DNA from: Eledone cirrhosa
Lineage: Eukaryota
Length of the DNA stretch: 64,000 nt
NCBI GenBank assembly: GCA_964016885.1
Contig: OZ024755.1
Coordinates: 6,510,001-6,574,000 of the forward strand
Direction of reading: 5' to 3'
Made by a program: the position numbers and the translations under genes. Position 1 is the first letter of the stretch, and every line of letters starts with the position of its first letter. Below are positions 52,350 to 64,000 of the stretch, piece after piece. The notes under the pieces are model-generated. The model was not told the DNA's origin, ran no database searches, and saw nothing but the letters and a program-made list of their open reading frames with translations.

Positions 52350-52410
52350 ATGCATATAATATTTATATATTTATAGGTAACCTCACCTCATCGCTATTCT
52401 TTGCCTCCTA
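52145..52410. repeat. 56-bp inverted repeats enclosing a (TA)/(CA) microsatellite
   Basis: 52145-52200 is the reverse complement of 52355-52410 with about 3 mismatches. Confidence 0.85.
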
Positions 52411-52832
52411 ACCTAACTTTCTAATCAATATTTTCATTTTCATGACGAAACCTTGGCCAATATGATCGATAAGTAGGTTGATGCTGACATAAATAGCGGA
52501 AGTTGAGGGGCAGGGGGAAGGAGGACATCTTGATTAGAATTAAATGTGTGAAGTTAATTAGAGAAATTGAAGTTTGTTGATGATTAATATCAAACGATAA
52601 AGAGCAATTTTTTTTTTCATTTCGTTTTTTCCTGATTTGTTCCAGATTTCAGTCACTCCTTGATCTTACCTTCATACCAGAAACAGATATTTAATTATGG
52701 TTTTGTATAATTCTCAATTGTTATAGTCCTTTTAGTTAATTTTCTGATCTGTTTAATTCTTAATTCTATTAGTATTTATATATCTATATCATATCTATGC
52801 ATGTATCATGTATTTATATATAAATATATATA

Positions 52833-52894
<62 letters not shown>

Positions 52895-53735
52895 TAAAAG
52901 GAAAAGAAAATGCTGACAAATTGTTCCCAGTGAAAACTAGTTTAATTAGGAATAAGTAAAAATTAGTAATAGTATTGGTTAGTATTCAGTTTTGGTTTTA
53001 AGTTTTACCGGTTGCGCATTTCTAATGCTTTTCAAAAATAATTTTGAGATAGAGCGCCCGTGATGTTTGCTCTAATCTGTATATATATATATATATATAC
53101 ATTTGTAAACACATATACGTATATATATGCTTTGTTTGGCCTTGTTTAATCATATTTATATTTATAGATTTCTTTTAATTTAGTTATGTTACAGTTCTAG
53201 TATTTGTAGTTTGTCACATGTTGAAATAGAAATATAGAAATTTGTTTGAAACATAAAATAAAAATATATATCATTTGTGTCTCTTTCAAATAATTTGAAA
53301 CAAGAAAAAAATAAATTATTACAAGCGATACTCCGTCACAATTTCATATATTAAAGAAACATTTGTAATATTTTTTTTATATTAATCTATTAATTATTAA
53401 CTAATAATTTAGTTCTATTTTCAAAATAATTAATATCATTGTTATTTTTTATGCAGTTGCTTTCTCCTCTCCTCCTTGTCCTTCTTCTTTTTTCTTTTTT
53501 TTTACTTCTTCATCATCGACACTATCATCATCATCATTTTTTTTCTACTACAAAATCGTTGGAGAGCCGGACAAAATACTTTGCGGCGTTTGTTCTGGTT
53601 CTTTATATTCTGAATTTAAATTCGACTGGGATAAACTTTGCCTTTCATCCTTCTGCGAACACCCGTGAAATATTGTGTCGGTTTAATTACCTTCCTTCTG
53701 GTCTGTTACCTAATTAGAAACCATTATTATTTCCA

Positions 53736-53923
53736 GTGGATTGGCAGTATCGGTAGAGAGTCGGACGCCATGCTTTGACGCATAGAGTTACAGTCCTTGC
53801 CATTCTGAGTTCAAATCCCGCCGAGGTTAACTTTGCCTTTCATCCTTACGGGCTCGATAAAATAGAGCACCAGTAATGTACTGGGGTAATTGCTGGCCTT
53901 GTGCCAAAAGTAGAAACAATTAT
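53736..53923 (+). mobile_element. Young SINE, family A, with target-site duplication
   Basis: ATTATTTCCAG at 53726-53736 and 53919-53929; inserted at the tail of an older family A copy (~53553-53730). Confidence 0.92.
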
Positions 53924-54103
53924 TTCCAGAAATTTACAAAATCCTCATTATTCTCCGAGCTCTACAACTGTTGTAACGAAACCGTACATGAGAAACTACA
54001 CAGACACACATGTGTATATATAGTTCAAGAAAACGACTAAATAGAGATAGGAATGTCTTATTAGTTTCACGCTTTATATGGAAGAAGAGAAAGAAAGTTC
54101 GAC

Positions 54104-54140
<37 letters not shown>

Positions 54141-54144
<4 letters not shown>

Positions 54145-54219
54145 GTTGTAACATAAATTCCCGCTGTTGCCATAACACTTGTTGATAACAAAACAGCGGG
54201 AATTAATGTTACAACCCAA
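54141..54219. mobile_element. 79-bp mariner-type MITE
   Basis: 28-bp TIRs TTGGGTTGTAACATAAATTCCCGCTGTT / AACAGCGGGAATTAATGTTACAACCCAA with 1 mismatch, inside (TA)n. Confidence 0.88.
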
Positions 54220-54322
54220 TATATATATATATATAATCATTTTCTAACCCTGAAAAAAGAGAGAGAGAAACGAAAAGGAAAAAAAAATATTTTTCTTCCT
54301 CATAATCGTCTCTTTCTCCCTG

Positions 54323-54363
<41 letters not shown>

Positions 54364-56152
54364 ATTACGGAGTGTCTTTTATATCACTGAGATGGATCGA
54401 TCGTCATTTAGAATGTCCATATTTCAGTCAACTTCTTAGAAATATTATCAAATTTCTGGCACACATCTTCCTTTCTCACCATGTACTACGTGAAATGGAA
54501 GATTTAAATTGCACTTATGCTGTGCATTCATTGATAAACTGAGTTAATTGAGATGCTGCTTATTTGAAGTAGATCTATTTCCTTTCCTTTTAACTGTTGT
54601 TATTATACAGAATTCCTTTGTTTCCTAGGTAGACATATTAAACTTAACGGGGGGATAGGTCGATCATTTGAATCACATAATAACTTCTAAATTAGTTTAT
54701 TATTGACGATAAAGCCTTGTAACAGTAAATTGTAAATTGTTCAATAGTATTTGTTATGGAATGTTTCGATTGTAATGCATATACAGGTCTCTAATTACTG
54801 GATATTAATAAGGTACCTTTGACTGATTGTTTAACTGTCTGAGTACGTTGTTTAGTTAAGATATGTGGGAGAAGTGAAATTGCAAGCTAGCATAGCAAAT
54901 ACCTACTGGAAATGAAGAGAACAAACAAGACATCGACTGTAGAGAATATGAAGAAAATACTTTTGTTTCATATCGCCAAAGAAGTTTGATTAATAATACA
55001 ACGCAAAAATAATCATCTGTAGGGTATAGTTAAAAGACATTGTTGATACACAAGTGTTAAATAGAAAGCAACATACATTTTGTGTTTTATTTCTTTACAT
55101 AAGTATAGTATAATAGATAAAATTAAGAATAGATGACAAACAGCTATACTATGTCTTTTCAGAACTCAGTGATCACTGCATATTTAGTTGATTGAATGTA
55201 GGACAATTAAGATCTCAACATTCATGTCGCCATGGACAAATATATGTGAGGTGGGAATCTTAATTTGTTTTATTACTCAAGAGAGCAAGTTTTATGATTA
55301 CTACTTTATATTACATAGACACGTACAAGAGAACAATATGAACCTTCTGTTGTGTGGATAGGATATTGTTGTGTTTATTGTATTAGATTCTGGCTGGTAG
55401 ATTGGTACCTCTAAGAATGTACCTATACTTGGCAGTTTCACATCTCTTCTTTCTCCTTTCTCCTCTTCTTCTTTAAATATGGCGCTTGATATACGGGTAA
55501 CTACGACTAATATTTATCTGGAAAATGTAATGAAAATTCAAACAAACCATTATTAATGTATTTAGGTTATTTAGGTTTATAGTTAACGTTAAATACCACT
55601 AAAAGTTGGTGCTAGAATTATCTGGGTGTGGATATTAAATGGTAATGTGTGGTAGTCTAATGCGCAACTACAGTAAATATAATGTTTGGTAGGTCAGTGC
55701 AAATATATATTTAACTATGTATCAACTCAGTAATTAGTATAATTGTTAGTGTAGGTTGATTATATGCCAGTGTTTACTATATCTATGGCTATGGCAGTAG
55801 AATATCGTTAGAATATGTTTGGGAAAAGGTCCGTGGTAAATGTTACTAGAAATTAGTCTAAGTAAATACAAGAGGATATATGACGTAATAAAGTGTTTTG
55901 TTTTCTTTTTGTTTTCCACAATTGTATGTAAACCTAACATTTGTACTAGAAAAATATGATAGAATTTTCAATTAATTCCAACAAGACTACATAAGTGTAG
56001 TAATACGTATACAAATGGCTTAATAAGTGAAGAGGGGGGAAATGTTTTTAGTGAATATACGGAAATAGATATATGCTCGTTAAAGAAAGTATATGTTGCT
56101 ATATTTCAATACATTAAATGAGTACACCGCACTATTGTGTGTGTGTGTATTC

Positions 56153-56193
<41 letters not shown>

Positions 56194-57090
56194 CTGAGGA
56201 AAATGGTGGCAGTGAATTCTAAGTTTCTATATTTTGTTGAAATAATGGACGAAAGTAATTCAGAAAAAAAAAGCAATGAAATTTTATTTTCCTTATTTAA
56301 TAATAATCTTTTCTTTCGGTGTTATATAAAAGAGTATTGTTTCATAATGGCTCCTATTATTTTGTAGTTGTTAAAGCAATGTGTGTGTGTGTGTGTGTGT
56401 ATTTGTGTGTGTGTAAAATGGTAAACAAAAATAGCTTGAACCATTTATTCTAGCCTATTTTCGCAGTCCCTTCTCCCTTTACCCCTTTTATTGTAAATGC
56501 TGTTGATTCCTTGGAGTCCTACGTCAAGAAACAAATTCTATTGATTTTTAATGACCTTAATTCACATAGTACATGCCTACTTCAAATAACTTAGATATTT
56601 TACTCTGCAACTATCCACATTTTAGCTATTTCAGGCTAAGGGTTCTGGCCATGCTGGTGCCCCACAATTTGTTACACATTCGCACATTTGTAGTATCAAG
56701 AATGACTGATTAAACGTTTCTTTTACATAAAAATCTAAAAACTATCATGATATATTGTTTTACAATTCTGCACGTAAACCTAATCTTTTTACAAACCATC
56801 CGAAATCGTCCATACATTTCTATATTTTTATCTCTACCTTTATACTGAAGAATTCTGAAAATTAGAAATATATAACATTGGTATTTTTGTTACAAGTGTC
56901 TACTATCGCAGATTTGCTGAAAGGCTACATTCTTTACAAACCTTACAGTATATCCCGCAAATTTCTATATATTTCTGTCTATCTTCGTGTTGAGAAATTC
57001 TGAAATTTAGAAACATACCATACACTAAATAAATATACATTTACAATTCACCATTTAATATAAGAAAATTGATACTTTAGCAACTACAAT

Positions 57091-57279
57091 ATAATTGTTT
57101 CTACTTTTGGCAAAAGGCCAGCAATTATCCCAGTGTATTACTGGTACTTTATTTTATCGACCCCGTAAGGATGAAAGGCAAAGTTAACCTCGGCGGGATT
57201 TGAACTCAGAATGGCAAGGGCCGTAACTCAATGCGTCAAAGCATGGCGTCCGACCCTCTACCGATACTGCCAAACCACC
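57091..57279 (-). mobile_element. Full-length SINE, family A, with target-site duplication
   Basis: ACTACAATATAAT (57083-57095) and ACTACAAAATAAT (57280-57292). Confidence 0.92.
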
Positions 57280-57685
57280 ACTACAAAATAATAGGAACCT
57301 TTATAAAACAAGGCTATTTTAGCTAGTATTGATTGTGTTTCTTATTGCCTGAAATTACTTCAATTACTTCATCCGTTTTCTCAACACAATATTGACTACT
57401 GATATACTAGGATCAAACAATTCTTGATGAGAAAGTCCCCGAGGAACATTCTTGTGGTATATCGATTTTATTCAAAGCGAGTTAATTTGATCAGATGTCT
57501 CATCAAAACACAACAATTCTGTTTGTCTTGAGAGTCTTCATTTCTATCCATATTAGATTAAGTAGGGTATTATTTAGAGTATTTAACTGTATGTCTACTT
57601 TACAAAAGTTACATCGATTTACTTTTTTCTTTAACGTAAACCTTCGTATATTTCTCTTCAACATATACAATTGATGGTCGAACTA

Positions 57686-57882
57686 CAAAGTTGTGATATA
57701 TCTTTCAAAGTTGTCATATATCTTTCAAAGTTGTCATATATCTATCACGGTAGTGATATATCTATCAAAGTTATGATATATCTATCAAAGTTGTGATATA
57801 TCTATAAAAGTTGTGATATATTTATCAAGGTTGTGATATATGTATCAAGGTTGTGATATATCTATCAGAGTTGTGATATATA
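57686..57882. repeat. 20-bp minisatellite (TCTATCAAAGTTGTGATATA) x~10
   Basis: Direct inspection. Confidence 0.92.
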
Positions 57883-59913
57883 CTTTGTAGACGGAGCATA
57901 GGTTAAGAAGTTCGGTTCTCTATCATGAGCTCCTGGTTTCGATCCCATTGCGTGGAATCATGAGCAAGTGTCATTTACTGTAGCCTCGGGTTCAATCAAG
58001 TTTATTTGGAAGACCATAGGTTTGACTCTAACTTTAATTTAAAATGCCAGCTTTGACAGTCATTGTGTCCTGCTGAATCTCCCTGAGAATTGCGTTGTGC
58101 ATATGAGTCTGTAGAATATTCGGCTATATGTTAGTTCACAAGCAAGCTTTACTTGAACACACATCGTCCAAACCGACGAAGGTCCATTCCATATTCTACA
58201 TACGCAATACATTCTATATTGCAAATGCAAAATTTGAACGTCACGAATCATCTCGGTAATAAATTCGATGGTAAACACAATGAGACAACTCAAACCGTGT
58301 TAGTCTCTTTGGCATATATGTTGCTTTTATTAACCGTATACGTAAGTATATTTGAGGATTCAGATATTATTGGAATAGACGAAAAAAACAATGTCAGGAT
58401 AAATTCTAAACTGGGAGAATTACATGAGAATTATCTGAAGAATACAACTAAATATCCATCTTTAAACATATGGCTATGGTCGCCATGACAGTCTACTTTA
58501 ACCTAAGTGAAATTAAGCATACGTGTTTTTGATAGATTCTAAGTGATAACCTACATAGCCTTGCTTTGTGTAATGGAAACTGTAGTAGGGTCAGAGAATT
58601 GATAAGTTGTAGCATAAGTAATATCATTAAGTGGCTAAGTATCAAACTTTTGGACAATGCGGCGTTGTTGAACTGATATCTGTCTTCTAGGAAGTAATGT
58701 GAAACAAACATCAGGAGCTGCCTATAGAACAGAAATGATCTGTTCTAGTTAATAGAAAATGGTTCAAGTGGTGAATAGACTTTGCTATTGTTTCTCTTTA
58801 CGTTATATTTAACTGTGATAGTATTTGTCAGTAATTTATGATATATTGTGTGGATTCTAATGCTATAAATATAAGAAGCCAAAATGATTTTATTATAAGA
58901 TAGTTCTAGAAATCGATTGAACTTCTATGATGCTTTCACTCACTTCAATTATTCGTATTTTCCTATCCACTACTATGCCATGCCATGAGCCCTTATCTGT
59001 GGAAGTAATTTTAGAGGAACTGGCATGATATTTTGTGGAATTTGGACTCTTTAACCCTGGCTGAGCGCATTAATCTCCGCGTCTGAACACAGCCGAGTTT
59101 GCAAAGCGAGGAGTAAGGCCGAGAGAAAAAGGGAGAGAGTGAGAAAGACAGAGGTGGTGGAGGGAGGGAGAGAGAGAAATAACTATATTACAGGATTGAA
59201 TTGCTATTTTATTTATCAATGTTAAAGAAACAAAAAGCAAAGTTGACCACCGTGGAATTTCAACTCGGAACACAAGGGCCTGAAATAAACCCCACAAAGA
59301 ATTCTATTCCAGCCCTGGACTGAACTGGTACTTATTTATTGATCTCAAATGACTAAAAGAAAAAGGCTAACTTCGGCGGAATTTGAACTCAGATGACAAG
59401 AAATTGAAACAAATGCTGCAAAACATTTTATCCGCTTTTTCCACTACTAACTTTAAGTAAATACATTATTCACAATTTCCCACCTTTGTATCCGGCACAA
59501 CCCACACCCCTGCTTTTCTTCAAATACTCATCTCACTTCCTGTTTTTCTTACCTTGCTGCAAATATCGTTTTCCCTTTTTATTCTGAAGGCTGTTGGGGA
59601 TATTTTTTTTTTGTGCGTGTGTTTTCTATCATTAATCAGTAAATAACGTTTACGAAACTATTTCTTCATGTTTTCTTCTCTTTGTCTTTCTCTATTTGAT
59701 TTTGATCCCTGTGTTGTTGCTAATGGTAGTCTTGTCGTTTCTAGGTGATTTTTTTTTCCCTATACTTTTTCATTCGATCGTAATAGTGTTGTTGTTGCTG
59801 TTGTTGCTGTTGTTGTTGGTGTTGCTGCAGTTGCTGATATAAAAAAAAATATGTATATATCCTGATGCACTTATCTTGTTTAACTCATACATACCGCCTC
59901 CTAACTAATGACA

Positions 59914-60380
59914 TTTCCTCCTCCTCCTTCTTCTTCTTCTTTTTCTTTGTCGTCTTCTTCTTCTTCCACGCTTTCTTCTTCTTCTTTTTCTTCTTCTTCT
60001 GCTTCTTCTTCTTCCTCTTGTTCTTCTTCTTCTGCTTCTTCTTCTTCTTCTTCTTCTTCTTCCTCTCCTTCTTCTTCTTTTTCTTCTTTTTCTTCTTCTT
60101 TTTCTTCTTCTTCCTCTCCTTCTTCTTCTTCTTCTTCATATTCTCCTCCCCCTTCTTCTTCTTATTATTATTATTATTATTCTCCTTCTTCTTCTTCTTC
60201 TTCTTCTTCTCCTTCCCCTTCTTCTTCTTATTATTATTATTACTATTATTATTATTATTCTCTTCCTCCTCCTTCTTCTCCTTCCCCTTCTTCTTCTTCT
60301 TATTATTATTATTATTATTCTCCTCCTACTCCTACTCCTCCCCCTCCTCCTTCTTCTTCTTCTTCTTCTTCTTCTTCTTC
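59914..60380. repeat. (CTT)n/(TAT)n/(CCT)n array
   Basis: Direct inspection. Confidence 0.95.
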
Positions 60381-60722
60381 ACCCAATACCACAATGTTAT
60401 TTTCCTATTATATATATTTTTATCCCCTATTTATATTTATCAGTAACATCCTACAGTTAATCAAAGATTTGCCTACCTCCCAGTAAATACATGTGTAAAC
60501 CATTGTTTTTGCTTTCTTTTTTATGGTTGTTGTTGTTTGTCGTAGCGATTTTCCCCTTTTTCCCTCCCTCTGTTATTTATTAATTCACTTTTATTTATCG
60601 ACCCCAGCCCCAATTGAGCAACACAATTTAATCAATCAAAAACTCGTTTTTGGAGGATCTTTTTAGAATTTTTGTTTTAGATTGACATCTTTTTTTCTTC
60701 ATGTTCGCATTCCTATTATTAC

Positions 60723-60758
<36 letters not shown>

Positions 60759-60848
60759 TATATTGTTTACACGTTGCATATGTAAACCCCCCCCCCCCTG
60801 TCTTTGTATTGTCCACTACATGTCTGCCCTTGTGGCCAATAAATGAAA

Positions 60849-60905
<57 letters not shown>

Positions 60906-62027
60906 CATATTTTTTGTCGTTGTTTCATTAGAGTAAACTTTTGTCATTTTTTATCAAAACAATTTAATAAAGTAAGTAATAGTAATGAAAAGAACAAAAA
61001 GAAAACCCAAATCCCGAAACAATAACAGAATAACGTTTATTCTGAATTGAGTAGGCTTAGAATTTTTATTTTTTGTATTAGTTATTATTCTCCTAATATA
61101 ATATTCTCTGCAAGCAACACTTTCATTGTTTACTCTAATATGTTCACCTCATTCACGTTGTTTATAGTCAACCTGTTTATTTGCTCCTTTCCAGCGTTTT
61201 TTCTTCTTCTTCGTTCAGATATTGTTTACTTTCCTTCACAAACATTATCATATTAATAATATATTCACCTAAATTACCCTTTTTTTCTTTCTACCGTGTG
61301 CCTTGCCTTTAATGTGTAGTTGTAGCTTTAGCTTTAGCTTCTTCTTCTTGCTCTTCTTCTTCTTGTTCTTTCTTTCTTTCTTTTCTTCCTTTTCTTCTCC
61401 TTATTGCTATAGTGGTTGTTAGTCTCCTTCTGATTTTACTATTTCACGTCTCCTCTTCTTTCTTCTTCTTCTTCTTCTTTTCTTCTTCTTTATCTTTTCA
61501 TCCTTTACTTTTTCTTCTGTTCTCATTGTTATTATTATCATTATTATCATTATCACTATTGTTATTATCACCATCATCAACAACAACAACAACATCATCA
61601 CCATCACCATCATTAATAAGGTTATTACTAATACTAATAATATTATCACTACTCTTACTAACGAGATTGTTTTTACCCAGTCTACACATTTCCTTCGATC
61701 AATTTTCTTTTGGAACGAAAGAAGATAATAAACCCCTACTGTAACAGAAGGAATGTCATAAAAACCTTACCTGTAAAATTGCTGGATCATTAACGTGGGA
61801 TGTATGCAGGTTATTAGATTTTTTTTTTTTGCCTTCTCAATTTTTTTTGGTTATATTTAATATAATTTTTTTTTTTTTCAATTTTTGTTTAAACATGTGG
61901 CGTCGTGAAAAATAGATTAACACGAAACTTTAACAACTGATAAGTATGTAAGATATCTCCCATAATAATACACACATACACACATACACACATACACACA
62001 TATACATATATATATATATGTGTGTGT

Positions 62028-62083
<56 letters not shown>

Positions 62084-62085
62084 AT

Positions 62086-62302
62086 GAAAGCGCGTGGCTT
62101 ACTGATTAGAGTGTTGGGCTTGCAATCGGAAGGCTGCGATGTCGATTCTCGGACCGGGTGATGCATTGTGTCCTTGAGCAAGACACTTTATTCATGTTGC
62201 TCCAGTTTACTGAGCTATAGATATGAGTTTCCACGTCACTGGTGTCAAGCCGTATGACACATAACCTTTCCCTTCGACAACATCGGTGGCGTGGAGTGGG
62301 CA
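62086..62302 (+). mobile_element. tRNA-derived SINE with family B-type core
   Basis: GCGCGTGGCTTACTG head, GTCGATTC B-box-like, TGTGTCCTTGAGCAAGACACTTTATT core. Confidence 0.8.
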
Positions 62303-64000
62303 GACCAGGTTTAAATGCTCAATACACGTCGTTTGACACGACAGCCCACCATGACTGAATTAAGAGTTAAGCACCTAGCGCATGGATAGACTGACAAATA
62401 AAGAAGATCAACCTAAGAGAGGTCTTACAATATTTAGTTTACCAGCCAGAAACTAATGTAGACTTCACTTACGCCACTAATATATTTGGAAATGTATGAT
62501 TGTCACTATATCGGAATTCATTTCGAATATAAATGAACATTCTTTGTGTTCTGTTGTTTGAATTTATTGTATTCTCAGTCAAACTTAAGAAAAATATACT
62601 AACATTGTTTTTCTCTTGTTTTTGACACATTGGAACATTTCCAAGTATCGTTTTGTTAAATCTGTCTTAGGAAGATTTAGATATTTTAAATAGATTATTT
62701 TCAAATTATCGCTTGTCAAAACGTATCTTATACATTCTGTGTAACTAATTAACATAAAAAGGCGTTTGAACTTGTGATTCGTGTGTTTATCGATTTCTCT
62801 GTTTTCTAAAACGTAAGTTGTATAATCATTGTTTGTTGTTGTTTAGCCCCATCTCAGCTCTGATCCAGAAAATCTATGATCAATTATATTCCAACTGATA
62901 TTATGCCGTAGTTTATTTTCAAATTGTGAACTACATTATCTAACATGTATTTCGTTTAATAAGACATTGACTTTAAATTTGAAGGAGACTTGGCTGCTAA
63001 TTCTAGCAAGAAGGAATCCCCTACAATGATCGTAATGTGGTATAGTAGACGTCCATAATGGTTTTTTTTTTTTTCAGTTTGTTATTACTTGGGATTTTTA
63101 TTGTAATTTCTTTTCACTGGATATAGGATCAAATTTTATACGATATTAATATATATAGTCGTTTGAATTGGTCAGTGTATTACTGGTACATATTTCTTTC
63201 GACCCAGAAGTGATAAAAGTCAAAGTCAAACACTAGCGAGAATTGAACAAGAAATATGCAGTTTCGAAGCAACTTCTACATTAAGGCCAACTTGGGGCAG
63301 CCGTCTAAGACTGCCACTGCCATCTAGGACACATCACAGAGAGGCATATTTCTGAAAATTAAGGGATCACAGTTATATACAAAAATATTAGGGGCGATAA
63401 TCAGGCTGTATTGTATCAAAAGGGTCAAATTGTCCTTTTACGATGAGGGTTCTAATTCTCTGAGATACATGTCTCCTTTAATCCGAATAAAAGGTTAATC
63501 AGTAATTTTCTAATAACGATGTGAATGACCTCTGTTACAAGTAACATTGTGTAATATATAGTCGGGTTCAGGAGCCATTTCCAATTTTATGTTGAAGCCA
63601 TTTCATATCAATTATCTGACAATTATCGCTAGGAAATGTATTGATGTCTTACACTCATTTGATCTTTTGTTTAACACTAGCATCTTGTAATTACTTTAGC
63701 AATCAATATTTAATAATTCATTGAGATAGGCTTATAAGCTGTATATCATTAGGGAGATTAAAATCGGATCTTGTGAGGTTCGTATATTTTTCTCAATAGT
63801 ATTAGCAGCATGATGGAATTGAAATATTTTGAACTGGGAACGAAAATCGACTCCACCACGCACCCCACTTATGTTATTTATTAGATCGATCTTCACCATA
63901 CTTGTTGATTCCACCCAGTTGACTCAGTACATTTGTCTCTAACAAATTCAATTTATTTTCCAGATAAGATGCAAATAACAAATGATAGACGATACTAATT

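Noticed and set aside
57686-57882. Regular short repeats resembling a CRISPR array
   Set aside because: Head-to-tail 20-bp units with no unique spacers, no cas genes, eukaryotic context.
58153-58488. 111-aa non-repetitive ORF
   Set aside because: Starts within a SINE remnant at a non-ATG codon; no recognisable motif or splice context.

Overview
AT-rich, microsatellite-saturated eukaryotic non-coding DNA. The SINE/LINE repertoire and extreme (TA)n/(CA)n/(TACA)n density resemble an octopus-type (coleoid cephalopod) genome; that assignment is my inference. I can support no intact protein-coding gene, and most ORFs in the track are translations of simple repeats. Recognisable content: many tRNA-derived SINEs of two to three families, 3'/internal fragments of RTE, CRE-like, Tx1/L1-like and CR1/Jockey-like LINEs, a decayed hAT transposase and three mariner-type MITEs. 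The most striking unannotated structure is a set of short elements lodged in or beside (TA)n tracts. They carry minimal type I hammerhead-ribozyme folds (CTGANGA, stem II, GAAA, short or palindromic stem III, NUH, stem I). Several are arranged as near-perfect fold-back palindromes, and in one repeated family the fold-back point is the putative stem II itself. This fits non-autonomous Penelope-like or retrozyme-type retroelements. All folds were paired by eye and are untested.
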